Positions 28,510 through 36,859 of a stretch of 64,000 nt of DNA are shown here, in pieces; the first letter of the stretch is position 1, and the number at the start of each line of letters is the position of its first letter. The position numbers were made by a program, and so were the translations under genes. Below the pieces are notes generated by a model. That model was not told the DNA's origin, did no database searches, and saw only the letters and a list, made by a program, of their open reading frames with translations. Source of the DNA: Phycisphaerae bacterium (lineage in GTDB: Bacteria; Planctomycetota; Phycisphaerae; UBA1845; Fen-1342); NCBI GenBank assembly GCA_963675745.2, contig CAXXWX010000001.1:1-64000 (forward strand), read 5' to 3'.

Positions 28510-30978
28510 ATGAAAGCGGGCCGATCCGGTGATGCACGATCGCGGGCTGCTCGGTTGGTATCGGCGCTCTGCCTGGCATCGTCCGTTTTCCTGGCGGCCG
28601 CCCCGGTAAGTGCCGCGGACCGCACGGTGCTGTGCGAGGAGTTCACCGACGTCTGGTGCTATGGCTGCGGCTACGCCGGGCCGGCGCTCAGCCGACTCGT
28701 GGACGTGTATCCTGACTCGTTTGCGTTTGTGCAGCTTCACGCCGCTGATGAGTACGCGACGCAGTGGGCAATCGATCGTTGGGCGTTTTACGACGGACAC
28801 TTCACACCGCTGGCGGTTTTTGACGGGCTGGATGCCGTCGAAGGCGCGGTCTCCAATGTCGACCAGCAGTACACGACTTATCGGGCCAATCACTTCCTGC
28901 CCGATCGCGAGATCCCTACGGATGTGACATTGTCGCTCGACGCGGAGGATCTCGGTGGCCAGACATACCGAGTCACGGCTGAGGTCGGCATCGAAGCCGG
29001 CGGCACCGGCAAGACCATGACGATTCACGTGGTGCAAGTGCTCGACCACTGGCCGGCCGACAAGGACTACCACCGCAACACGTTCAAGCAGGCCGCGGCA
29101 ACCCAGGACGTGATCCTCGCGCCGGGACAGACGCAAGTCGTTGATAGCACCTTCACCTTTGACGCCGACAGTTGGGCCGCCCAGGAGGACATCAAGATTG
29201 TGGCCTGGGCCCAGGTCCCCGTTGGCGCCGGCGCGCCGCAGGTACATCAAGCCGCCGTTCGGCTGTGGCCGTTGATCTCCTATCCCGGGGACCGTGACGG
29301 AGATGGCGAGCTGGACGGAGAGGACAATTGTCCCGACCGATTTAACCCCACGCAGGATGATGCGGACGGCGACAACATCGGGGATGTCTGCGACAACTGC
29401 CCGGACACCAGCAACGCCGATCAGCTCGACGCCGACGACGACGGCTATGGCGACGCGTGCGACAACTGTGTAGTGCTCCACCACGTGGACCAGAGCGACA
29501 CTGATGTTGACAGCGTCGGTGATGTCTGCGACGCGTGCCCCGAGGTAGATTCCCCGGCGGGTGTCAATCAGTTCGGCGAATCGTTGGGCACGATTGATCT
29601 GGATTGCGATGTGGACTTCGACGATGTCGGGCTGTTCGCACAGTGTATGGCCGGCCCGCAGACCGCCACCCCACCGCCGGCTTGCGTCGCGGACCATTTC
29701 ACGCGCTGCGATACCGACGCGGATGTTGATGTCGATCTGGGTGATTACGCGGTTCTGGCGGAAAACTTCACCGGCCCGCTGGTCAGCCCGCCACGATTCG
29801 TCGGCGCCGATACGTGCCTGGCTTGCCACGCCGAGAACCACGCGAGTTGGATAACCACGATTCACGCCACGGCTTTCGACACGCTGGTGGCCAGCGGTGA
29901 CGGCGACAATTACTTGTGCTTCCCCTGCCACTCCGTCGGCTACGCCGAGCCTAGCGGTTTTGTCGACCTGCCGACCACGCCACACCTGGCCAACGTGCAG
30001 TGTGAAAACTGTCACGGCCCCGGCAGCAACCACGTCGGCGACCCCAACAACGTCGCACTGGACCTGCGCTACGGCGGTGAAACCTGCGGCGCTTGTCACC
30101 AGTCCTGCCACGGCCTGTGCGGCGAAGACCACCACCCGCAGTTCGAGCAGTGGTCGATCTCGCAACACTCAGAGGCGCTGCTGACGATCATGTTCCACCC
30201 TGACCTTGAGGATGCCTGCCTCGAGTGCCATTCAACCGACTACCGGCTGGCCCCCGAAGGCAACAAACCCGGCACGGGTGATGTCTCGTACAGCGTCGAG
30301 TGTGTGGCCTGCCACGATCCGCACGGCAGCCTCAACGTCGGACAACTGCGCTTGCCGCCGAACCAGCTATGCGCCGACTGTCACACCATGCAGTCGGCTG
30401 TGCCCGGCGATGAGCCGCATCAGCCGCAATCCGAGGTCTTGCACAGCACCGGGGGCTACGAGTTGGACGGCACCCCCCTCGCGGGCCCATACACCGAGCA
30501 CTGGTGGGGCATCCCCGGCGAGTGCGCACAGTGCCATGTCTACATGGAGCCTTATGGCGGCCCCGAGCAACCGGTGAACAGCGGACACACTTTCACGGCG
30601 AACATGCGGGCCTGTGAGCCGTGCCACTCCGAAGCTGTGGCGACCACATTAGTGCAAATGGCGTCTGAGGAGATCACGCAGCGACTGGCCGTGGCGGCAC
30701 CGTACTTCACGCCTGGAGACGCTCTCTACATTGACCCCAACTCGGTGCCTCCCGCGGAAATGCAGCCATATCTGGTGGCGAAGTTCAACTTCGCGCTCGC
30801 CGGCGCCGACCGCTCGGCGGGCTCGCACAACGCGCCGTACACGCGGGCACTGTTGGCCGAGACGGAAGAGTACCTGGACTTGCCGCCGTGGGCGGCCCCC
30901 CCGCCGCCGTCACCGGGTGGTGGTCTTCCGCCGCTGGCCATGCCGACGCCTGACCAACCCGTGGAGGTGGGCCCATGA
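28510..30978 (+). CDS. Secreted chimeric multiheme cytochrome c: Omp28-like CxxC domain, thrombospondin type-3 repeats, internal dockerin-like pair and nine CxxCH motifs
   Basis: EEFTDVWCYGC; DxDGDxxGDxCDNC repeats; DLDCDVDFDD...DTDADVDVDLGD; CLACH, CFPCH, CENCH, CGACH, CLECH, CVACH, CADCH, CAQCH, CEPCH; alternative start at 28465. Confidence 0.88.
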   Translation: MKAGRSGDARSRAARLVSALCLASSVFLAAAPVSAADRTVLCEEFTDVWCYGCGYAGPALSRLVDVYPDSFAFVQLHAADEYATQWAIDRWAFYDGHFTPLAVFDGLDAVEGAVSNVDQQYTTYRANHFLPDREIPTDVTLSLDAEDLGGQTYRVTAEVGIEAGGTGKTMTIHVVQVLDHWPADKDYHRNTFKQAAATQDVILAPGQTQVVDSTFTFDADSWAAQEDIKIVAWAQVPVGAGAPQVHQAAVRLWPLISYPGDRDGDGELDGEDNCPDRFNPTQDDADGDNIGDVCDNCPDTSNADQLDADDDGYGDACDNCVVLHHVDQSDTDVDSVGDVCDACPEVDSPAGVNQFGESLGTIDLDCDVDFDDVGLFAQCMAGPQTATPPPACVADHFTRCDTDADVDVDLGDYAVLAENFTGPLVSPPRFVGADTCLACHAENHASWITTIHATAFDTLVASGDGDNYLCFPCHSVGYAEPSGFVDLPTTPHLANVQCENCHGPGSNHVGDPNNVALDLRYGGETCGACHQSCHGLCGEDHHPQFEQWSISQHSEALLTIMFHPDLEDACLECHSTDYRLAPEGNKPGTGDVSYSVECVACHDPHGSLNVGQLRLPPNQLCADCHTMQSAVPGDEPHQPQSEVLHSTGGYELDGTPLAGPYTEHWWGIPGECAQCHVYMEPYGGPEQPVNSGHTFTANMRACEPCHSEAVATTLVQMASEEITQRLAVAAPYFTPGDALYIDPNSVPPAEMQPYLVAKFNFALAGADRSAGSHNAPYTRALLAETEEYLDLPPWAAPPPPSPGGGLPPLAMPTPDQPVEVGP

Positions 30979-31919
30979 GATTTACGCGACGGGATTTATT
31001 GAAAGCCGCCGCCGCCGCGGTCGTCGCCGGCAAGCTGGCACCGGCGGTGCTGGCGAAATTGGGAAAAGTTCTGCGGTCGCGCGATCTGCCGCGCGTGATC
31101 TGGCTGCAAGGAGCGGGTTGTGATGGCTGCGCGATTTCGTTTCTCAACAGCGTGCATTACGCCACCCCCGACGATCTGTTGCTGAACACGTTGGATGTCA
31201 AGTTCCAGAGCAACCTGCAAGCGGCCGCCGGCGATCTGGCCGTTTCCGCGGTTGAGGCGGCCGGCGCGGACCCCGGCTACATCCTGATCATCGAGGGGAG
31301 TACGCCAACCGGATCGGCCGGGCGCTATTGCCAACTCTGGCCCGGCATGAACATGGATGTCGCCGTCCCGCAATTCGCCGCCAACGCCGCTTTCATCATC
31401 GCGCTGGGAGCTTGCGCAACGTTCGGCGGTGTGGCCTCGGGAAACCCCAACCCGATCGAGGCCAAAGGTGTTCAGGAAATCATCGGCAGCGATCCGCGAC
31501 TGATTAATCTGCCGGGATGTCCGGCCCATCCGGACTGGTTGGTCGGGACCATCGTGTACCTGCTTACCAACGGACACGTACCCCCACTCGATCAGCATCG
31601 CAGACCGCTGGAGTATTTTGGCACACGGATTCACGACAACTGCTTCAAGCGGCGCAAACACTGCGGCGAGCCGATCTTCGCCGAAAAGCTCAGCGATATC
31701 GGCTGCATGGAGTTTTTGGGCTGCAAGGGCAAGAAGACCTATTCTGACTGCCCAGTCCGCAAATGGAACAGCAGCGGCCCCGACAAGATGGGCGTGAATT
31801 GGTGTATCGGCGCCCACAGCCCGTGTCTGGGATGCGTCGAACCGACGTTCCCCGATGGTATGTCGCCGTTTTACGTTTATTCCCCGACGCCCGACAAAGG
31901 CACACAGCCGCCCAAGTAA
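30975..31919 (+). CDS. [NiFe]-hydrogenase small subunit, Tat-exported, no C-terminal membrane anchor
   Basis: TRRDLLK twin-arginine signal, WLQGAGCDGC, GACATFGG, NLPGCP, IHDNC, GCKG, NWCIGAHSPCLGC. Confidence 0.95.
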   Translation: MRFTRRDLLKAAAAAVVAGKLAPAVLAKLGKVLRSRDLPRVIWLQGAGCDGCAISFLNSVHYATPDDLLLNTLDVKFQSNLQAAAGDLAVSAVEAAGADPGYILIIEGSTPTGSAGRYCQLWPGMNMDVAVPQFAANAAFIIALGACATFGGVASGNPNPIEAKGVQEIIGSDPRLINLPGCPAHPDWLVGTIVYLLTNGHVPPLDQHRRPLEYFGTRIHDNCFKRRKHCGEPIFAEKLSDIGCMEFLGCKGKKTYSDCPVRKWNSSGPDKMGVNWCIGAHSPCLGCVEPTFPDGMSPFYVYSPTPDKGTQPPK

Positions 31920-31957
31920 TTCTGTCTGCGCGCTGACTGTTTCACAGGACTCTGACC

Positions 31958-33403
31958 ATGCCGACCACGATCACAATCGACCCGGTAACACGCATCGAGG
32001 GTCATCTCGAGCTCGAGGTCACCGTCGATGACGTTGGCGGAGAGCAACAGGTAGTCGACGCCAAGAGCGCCGGCACCATGTTCCGGGGCTTCGAGATCAT
32101 TCTCGTCGGGCGCGATCCGCGCGACGCAGCCCAATTGACGCAGCGCATTTGCGGCGTTTGTCCGGTCTCGCACGCCATGGCCTCGTCGTTAAACCTCGAC
32201 AACGCCTTTGGCGTGGCAGTGCCGAACAACGGGCGTATCCTGCGCAACCTGATACTCGGGGCCAACTTCATCCAGTCGCACTTGCTGCACTTCTATCACC
32301 TCTCGGCGCTGGACTACATCGACACGACCGGTTTGCTTGACGTTTCGCCGTGGACGCCGCGCTATGTCACGCCCGACATGGCCACGGGTGCGACAGCTCA
32401 ACTGCTGGTTGACCATTACGTGCAGGCGCTGGCGATGCGGCGCAAGGCGCACCAGATGGGCGCCGTATTTGGCGGCAAGCTGCCCTGCACCGGCTCGTTC
32501 GTGGTCGGCGGCTGCACCGAGGTCGCGGATCAGGAGAAGATAGACGACTTTCGCGCCGTGCTGACCGAGGTGCGCGCGTTTATCGACAATGTCTACGTGA
32601 CCGACGCCGCCCTGCTGGGCACCTTGGTGCCGGACTATTACAGCTTGGGCGGCGGTCCCGGAAACCTGCTGGCGTATGGCGTGTTCGACCTGGACGCCGG
32701 CGGAACCAGTAAGCTGTTGCCGGCGGGGCGCTATACCGACGGCGCCCCCGCCGCCATGGACCCCGCGCAGATTACCGAGGACGTTACCTATGGCTGGTTT
32801 GCGCAGGCGCCGAAGAAGCACCCCTCGGTGGGAGAGACGGTGCCCGACCGCGACAAGGCCGGCGCCTACTCCTGGTTGAAGGCCCCACGCTACGCCGACA
32901 AGCCGCACGAGCTCGGCCCGCTGGCGCGAATGTGGTTGGCCGGCGACTATACAAACGGCATATCGGCGATGGACCGGATCGTGGCCCGCGCGCAGGAAAC
33001 CAAGAAGATCGCCGACGCGATGGATGGGTGGCTGGACGAACTCGTGCCCGGCGACCCGGTCTACGCCGAGAGCCAGATACCGCAGAGCGCGACGGCTGCG
33101 GGCCTTACCGAGGCCCCACGCGGCGCGCTCGGACACTGGATGGACATCACCGACTCGGCGATCAGCCGCTACCAGGTGATCACGCCGACGGCGTGGAACT
33201 CGTCGCCGCGCGACGATCTGAATCAACGCGGTCCGATGGAAGAGGCGCTCATCGGCGTGCCCGTCGCGGACACCGCCGCCCCGATCGAAGTTATCCGCGT
33301 TGTACACACGTTCGATCCGTGCCTGGCCTGCGGCGTACACATGGTTCGGCCGGGCCAGCGCGGTCCTGGACAGCGCGTGTTGATTCAGCCGAGTGTGGGG
33401 TAG
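31958..33403 (+). CDS. [NiFe]-hydrogenase large subunit (group 1a-like)
   Basis: DPVTRIEGH, L1 QRICGVCPVSH, EAPRGALGHW, L2 FDPCLACGVH plus a cleavable C-terminal extension. Confidence 0.96.
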   Translation: MPTTITIDPVTRIEGHLELEVTVDDVGGEQQVVDAKSAGTMFRGFEIILVGRDPRDAAQLTQRICGVCPVSHAMASSLNLDNAFGVAVPNNGRILRNLILGANFIQSHLLHFYHLSALDYIDTTGLLDVSPWTPRYVTPDMATGATAQLLVDHYVQALAMRRKAHQMGAVFGGKLPCTGSFVVGGCTEVADQEKIDDFRAVLTEVRAFIDNVYVTDAALLGTLVPDYYSLGGGPGNLLAYGVFDLDAGGTSKLLPAGRYTDGAPAAMDPAQITEDVTYGWFAQAPKKHPSVGETVPDRDKAGAYSWLKAPRYADKPHELGPLARMWLAGDYTNGISAMDRIVARAQETKKIADAMDGWLDELVPGDPVYAESQIPQSATAAGLTEAPRGALGHWMDITDSAISRYQVITPTAWNSSPRDDLNQRGPMEEALIGVPVADTAAPIEVIRVVHTFDPCLACGVHMVRPGQRGPGQRVLIQPSVG

Positions 33404-33410
33404 GGAGATG

Positions 33411-33454
33411 AGGCAACCAGGCAACGAGGCAACCAGGCAGCAAGGCAACAAGGC
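33411..33454 (+). repeat. 8-bp tandem repeat (AGGCAACN-like) x5.5
   Basis: aggcaacc aggcaacg aggcaacc aggcagca aggcaaca aggc. Confidence 0.8.
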
Positions 33455-33498
33455 GCTGCGGTATGGAGCGTTGCAGTGAGTCGTAGGATCATAGGACC

Positions 33499-34035
33499 GT
33501 GAACAGAGCTATGCGTTTGAGAGCTCCACATGTTGCCGTGGCACCACCCCGGCCCGCTCCGACTCTGATCCTCGGGTTGGGAAACATACTGCTGCGCGAC
33601 GAGGGATTGGGCGTGCGCGTGGTTGAGGCCATGGAGAAACTCGACTTACCCGCCGGTGTCGAGCTGTTCGACGGGGCAACGTACGGCATTGACCTGGTGA
33701 ACGTGCTGGCACAACGAGACCGCGTGATCGTCATCGACGCAATTGACGCTGATTGCGAGCCGGGCACGATGATGCGCCTGACGGCCGACGAGCTGGCGCC
33801 CGCGCATGATCGCGGCGTTTCGCTGCACGAGCTGGGCCTGTGTGAGACGCTGACCGTGGCTCAGCGGATGGGCTGTGCTCCGCGCGAAGTCACGATCATC
33901 GGCGTGGCCCCCGCCGACCTCCGCCCGGGGCTCGAACTGTCACCCACCATACAGCGGGTCATGCCGCGCATCATTGAAGCGGTGCGGGCCGAACTGGATA
34001 CGCGGCACGCGCAGGAAGGTGAAGGCCAATCATGA
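33499..34035 (+). CDS. Hydrogenase maturation endopeptidase (HyaD/HybD family)
   Basis: LGLGNILLRDEGLGV, DGAT, IDA, SLHE. Confidence 0.93.
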   Translation: MNRAMRLRAPHVAVAPPRPAPTLILGLGNILLRDEGLGVRVVEAMEKLDLPAGVELFDGATYGIDLVNVLAQRDRVIVIDAIDADCEPGTMMRLTADELAPAHDRGVSLHELGLCETLTVAQRMGCAPREVTIIGVAPADLRPGLELSPTIQRVMPRIIEAVRAELDTRHAQEGEGQS

Positions 34036-34781
34036 GACTGTACGTCACAATCCCGATTGCCGTGATATGCCTGGCCGGCTCGGCCGTCGCGGCACCACCC
34101 TGGGGCAGCAATTGCCTGTCTTGCCACGGCCAGTGGCAGGAGAACGCGATTCAAATCATCAACCCCGACGGCTTTGTCGACCCGGATGAGACTGTTACTG
34201 GCGCCCCCGATCGCGGGCCGCTGCCCGTTTTCTCCGCCGAGCGCGGCGTGACGAAATCGCTGCAAGCCGAGGTGTTCGGCCTGGCCAGCGGTGATCGCTA
34301 CGCGGTGGAGATCACACGCCTGCGCTATGACGGAGTGGAGCTGGGCCGCCATCTCACCTATGTTGGCGACTGCGCGTGGTCGGAGTGGGGAGACGGCGCA
34401 AGCACATTCACCGATCCGTTTCTGGGCTATCGCTGGGACGACGGGCCGGTGCTGTTTTCGTTCGACATTGACATCGAGCCCGACGCCGGGATTGACTACT
34501 ACGACCTAGTCTTCGCGGTAGCCGGCAAATACGCCGATGGCGTCACGCTGTTCTATTACATGGAGCACTTCTACTTGCAGATCGTCGCCACGGTCGGCGA
34601 TACGAACTGCGACGGTTCCATCAACAACGGCGACATCGACTCATTTGTGCTGGCGATCACGGCCCCTGGTAGTTACGCGGCACAATACCCCGACTGTGAC
34701 ATCACCAGCGCCGACTGTAACCACGATGAGATAATCAACAACGCCGACATCGACGCCTTCATAACTCTGCTGGGCGGCTGA
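34032..34781 (+). CDS. Secreted monoheme (CLSCH) protein with C-terminal dockerin-like tail
   Basis: Signal peptide ending AVA, NCLSCHG immediately after, NNGDID/NNADID tail; ATGA overlap with the protease stop. Confidence 0.8.
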   Translation: MRLYVTIPIAVICLAGSAVAAPPWGSNCLSCHGQWQENAIQIINPDGFVDPDETVTGAPDRGPLPVFSAERGVTKSLQAEVFGLASGDRYAVEITRLRYDGVELGRHLTYVGDCAWSEWGDGASTFTDPFLGYRWDDGPVLFSFDIDIEPDAGIDYYDLVFAVAGKYADGVTLFYYMEHFYLQIVATVGDTNCDGSINNGDIDSFVLAITAPGSYAAQYPDCDITSADCNHDEIINNADIDAFITLLGG

Positions 34782-34911
34782 TTGCCATGCGTGCGAGGGG
34801 CGTTTGGCCGCAGCTAATCTGTGGCACCGGTTTGCATCCGGGGGTAATCTCCCGTTGAGAACCTTGTGTGGCAGTCTGCTCCACCAGACTGATCCGGAGA
34901 GGAGGGTGCGT

Positions 34912-36252
34912 GTGATACGCGCGATCGGACGAGCGGTCATGATGGCGACACTGCTGGCAGGCGCCGGCGGTGCCTACGGCGGGGGCATCATCCTCGACCA
35001 GCAACTCGACGCCGACGGCAAGGGCTATACTGTCATTCGCCTGTGGGGTTCACATTACGAGATGGGCCACGCGCACGCCGAGCTGCTCGGTGACGCCATT
35101 GTCGATGGTGTGAACGAGACCAAGGCGTTTCTGGGCACTCAGAACTACGACATCGCGCGGGGCATCATGGCCGGCGCAGTCTGGATGCCGCCGGGAGTTG
35201 AGGACGAGTTTGACGGTACGGTCGCGGCGCTGGCGGTCTCACACCCCAGCGCGGGGATCGACAAACTGGATCTGAAGGTAGCCAACACGGCTGGCGAGTG
35301 GCTCTACGCCTGCCGCAGTCATTCGTGCTGGGGGCGTTATGTCGCCGCACCGATCAAGACACTCTCGACGCGGCGCCTGGACTTCCCAACGCTGTACGAA
35401 ACGATAAACCACCATGTGATCTGTGCGCGCACCGCCGACGATGGATCGCCGCAATGGGTCAACATCGGCTGGCCGGGGACGATCGCCGTCGCGACCGGGG
35501 TCAACGAGTTCGGCACGATCGTGTCGCTGCACGATTACGCCTGCCAGACCGATTTCGCGGCCGGCCGCATGCCGCGCATGATCGCCGCCCGTCACGCGCT
35601 CACCTTCACCAACGCCCCCGACGTCTCCACGCACCTGGCTGCCGTTTACGCCGAACTGCGGAACTACCAGATCATGACCGGCAGCTTTGTGAATTACTAC
35701 GCTCCGGAAGGCCATGGCGGCGTAATGGTCTGCCACCCCAATCAGACGCCGGATTTCTACTTCATGCGCACGCCGCAAGCCGCCTGGCACCACGGCGAAG
35801 CGATAATGACGAGCAACGCCTGGACCGACGGCACGACCACGCCGGCGGACGAGGACTTCGGCGCCGACGCGTATTACGACAACGAATCACCCAAGACGCT
35901 CGCAAGCCATTGGAACCTGCTCGCCACCGACAGCAACAGCCTGCACCTGCTCAGTGTCGCGTATCGCGGACGGCGGGACATGACCATCTGGGCCGACGGG
36001 CGCCTCGAAGACGTCGGACGCACGCCACGAGTTGAGCTGGAGTGGTGGCAGATCACCGGCATCGGCGACGTGAACTGCGACGGCTTCACCAACAACGGCG
36101 ATATCGACGCGTTTGTCCGCGCGATTACCAACCCGGGGTCATACGCCGCAACCTACCCCAACTGTCTCGCCGCGTTCGCCGACTGCAACCACGACGGCGA
36201 GGCAAATAACGGCGACATCGACGCCTTCGTCACTCTGCTCGCCAGGCCGTAG
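34912..36252 (+). CDS. C45-family (Ntn-hydrolase) peptidase/acyltransferase with dockerin-like tail
   Basis: LWGSHYEMGHAHA, YA-CRS (putative N-terminal nucleophile Cys), RRLDF, GWPG...TGVNEFG; GGAGG RBS. Confidence 0.75.
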   Translation: MIRAIGRAVMMATLLAGAGGAYGGGIILDQQLDADGKGYTVIRLWGSHYEMGHAHAELLGDAIVDGVNETKAFLGTQNYDIARGIMAGAVWMPPGVEDEFDGTVAALAVSHPSAGIDKLDLKVANTAGEWLYACRSHSCWGRYVAAPIKTLSTRRLDFPTLYETINHHVICARTADDGSPQWVNIGWPGTIAVATGVNEFGTIVSLHDYACQTDFAAGRMPRMIAARHALTFTNAPDVSTHLAAVYAELRNYQIMTGSFVNYYAPEGHGGVMVCHPNQTPDFYFMRTPQAAWHHGEAIMTSNAWTDGTTTPADEDFGADAYYDNESPKTLASHWNLLATDSNSLHLLSVAYRGRRDMTIWADGRLEDVGRTPRVELEWWQITGIGDVNCDGFTNNGDIDAFVRAITNPGSYAATYPNCLAAFADCNHDGEANNGDIDAFVTLLARP

Positions 36253-36415
36253 GCAATCTACAACCCATCGACGCCTCCCGCGGAGTCAGGGGCACAAGGC
36301 CCCAGCCTCAAGCATCGCGCAACCAGACCGGTCGGGTTGATGGAGATCCGATGGTGCGGTGTGGGAGGCCAAACCAGACACCCTGCTCGCGCGCCCAGGC
36401 CCCCCGGACGCGGCG

Positions 36416-36859
36416 TTACTCGTTTGGATCGCCGAGCAGTTCGAACAGGTCCAGTATGTTCCAGTGGTCGAGAGTCGTGGATCGCGCGATGACTTCGAGG
36501 GGGGCCTCAACGACCGGATCGCCGGTCTCGTCGTCCACCACCACCAGCTCGTATTCACCCGGTTCAAGATCGTCGGGCACGGTCACGATGATGTCGCCCG
36601 CGTCGTTCACCTCAACGGCGGCGGCCTGTCCACCCACCGTCGCGCGGAGCTGATCACCGGTGTAGCTGCCGGCGGAGCCCGCGTTCACCTTGCGCCCGGG
36701 CGCCACCGGGTCGTCGATATCGTTCGGGTCGGGGCTGTCGTCCGGCGTCTGTAGCGGCAGCCCGGACGTCGCGTCAAGTGCGGGGCATCCGCTCACCGTG
36801 ATGATCAATCCACCCAGCAGGCATACCAGAAACACGCGTCGTAGCGGAGTTAGTTTCAC
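36416..36859 (-). CDS. Small acidic lipoprotein with an Ig-like domain
   Basis: Lipobox [22 protein letters not shown]; start overlaps the upstream kinase stop. Confidence 0.7.
   Translation of the reverse strand: MKLTPLRRVFLVCLLGGLIITVSGCPALDATSGLPLQTPDDSPDPNDIDDPVAPGRKVNAGSAGSYTGDQLRATVGGQAAAVEVNDAGDIIVTVPDDLEPGEYELVVVDDETGDPVVEAPLEVIARSTTLDHWNILDLFELLGDPNE

Noticed and set aside
33310..33345. [NiFeSe] hydrogenase
   Set aside because: The L2 motif uses TGC (Cys), not TGA; the Omp28-like motifs are also CxxC, not UxxC.
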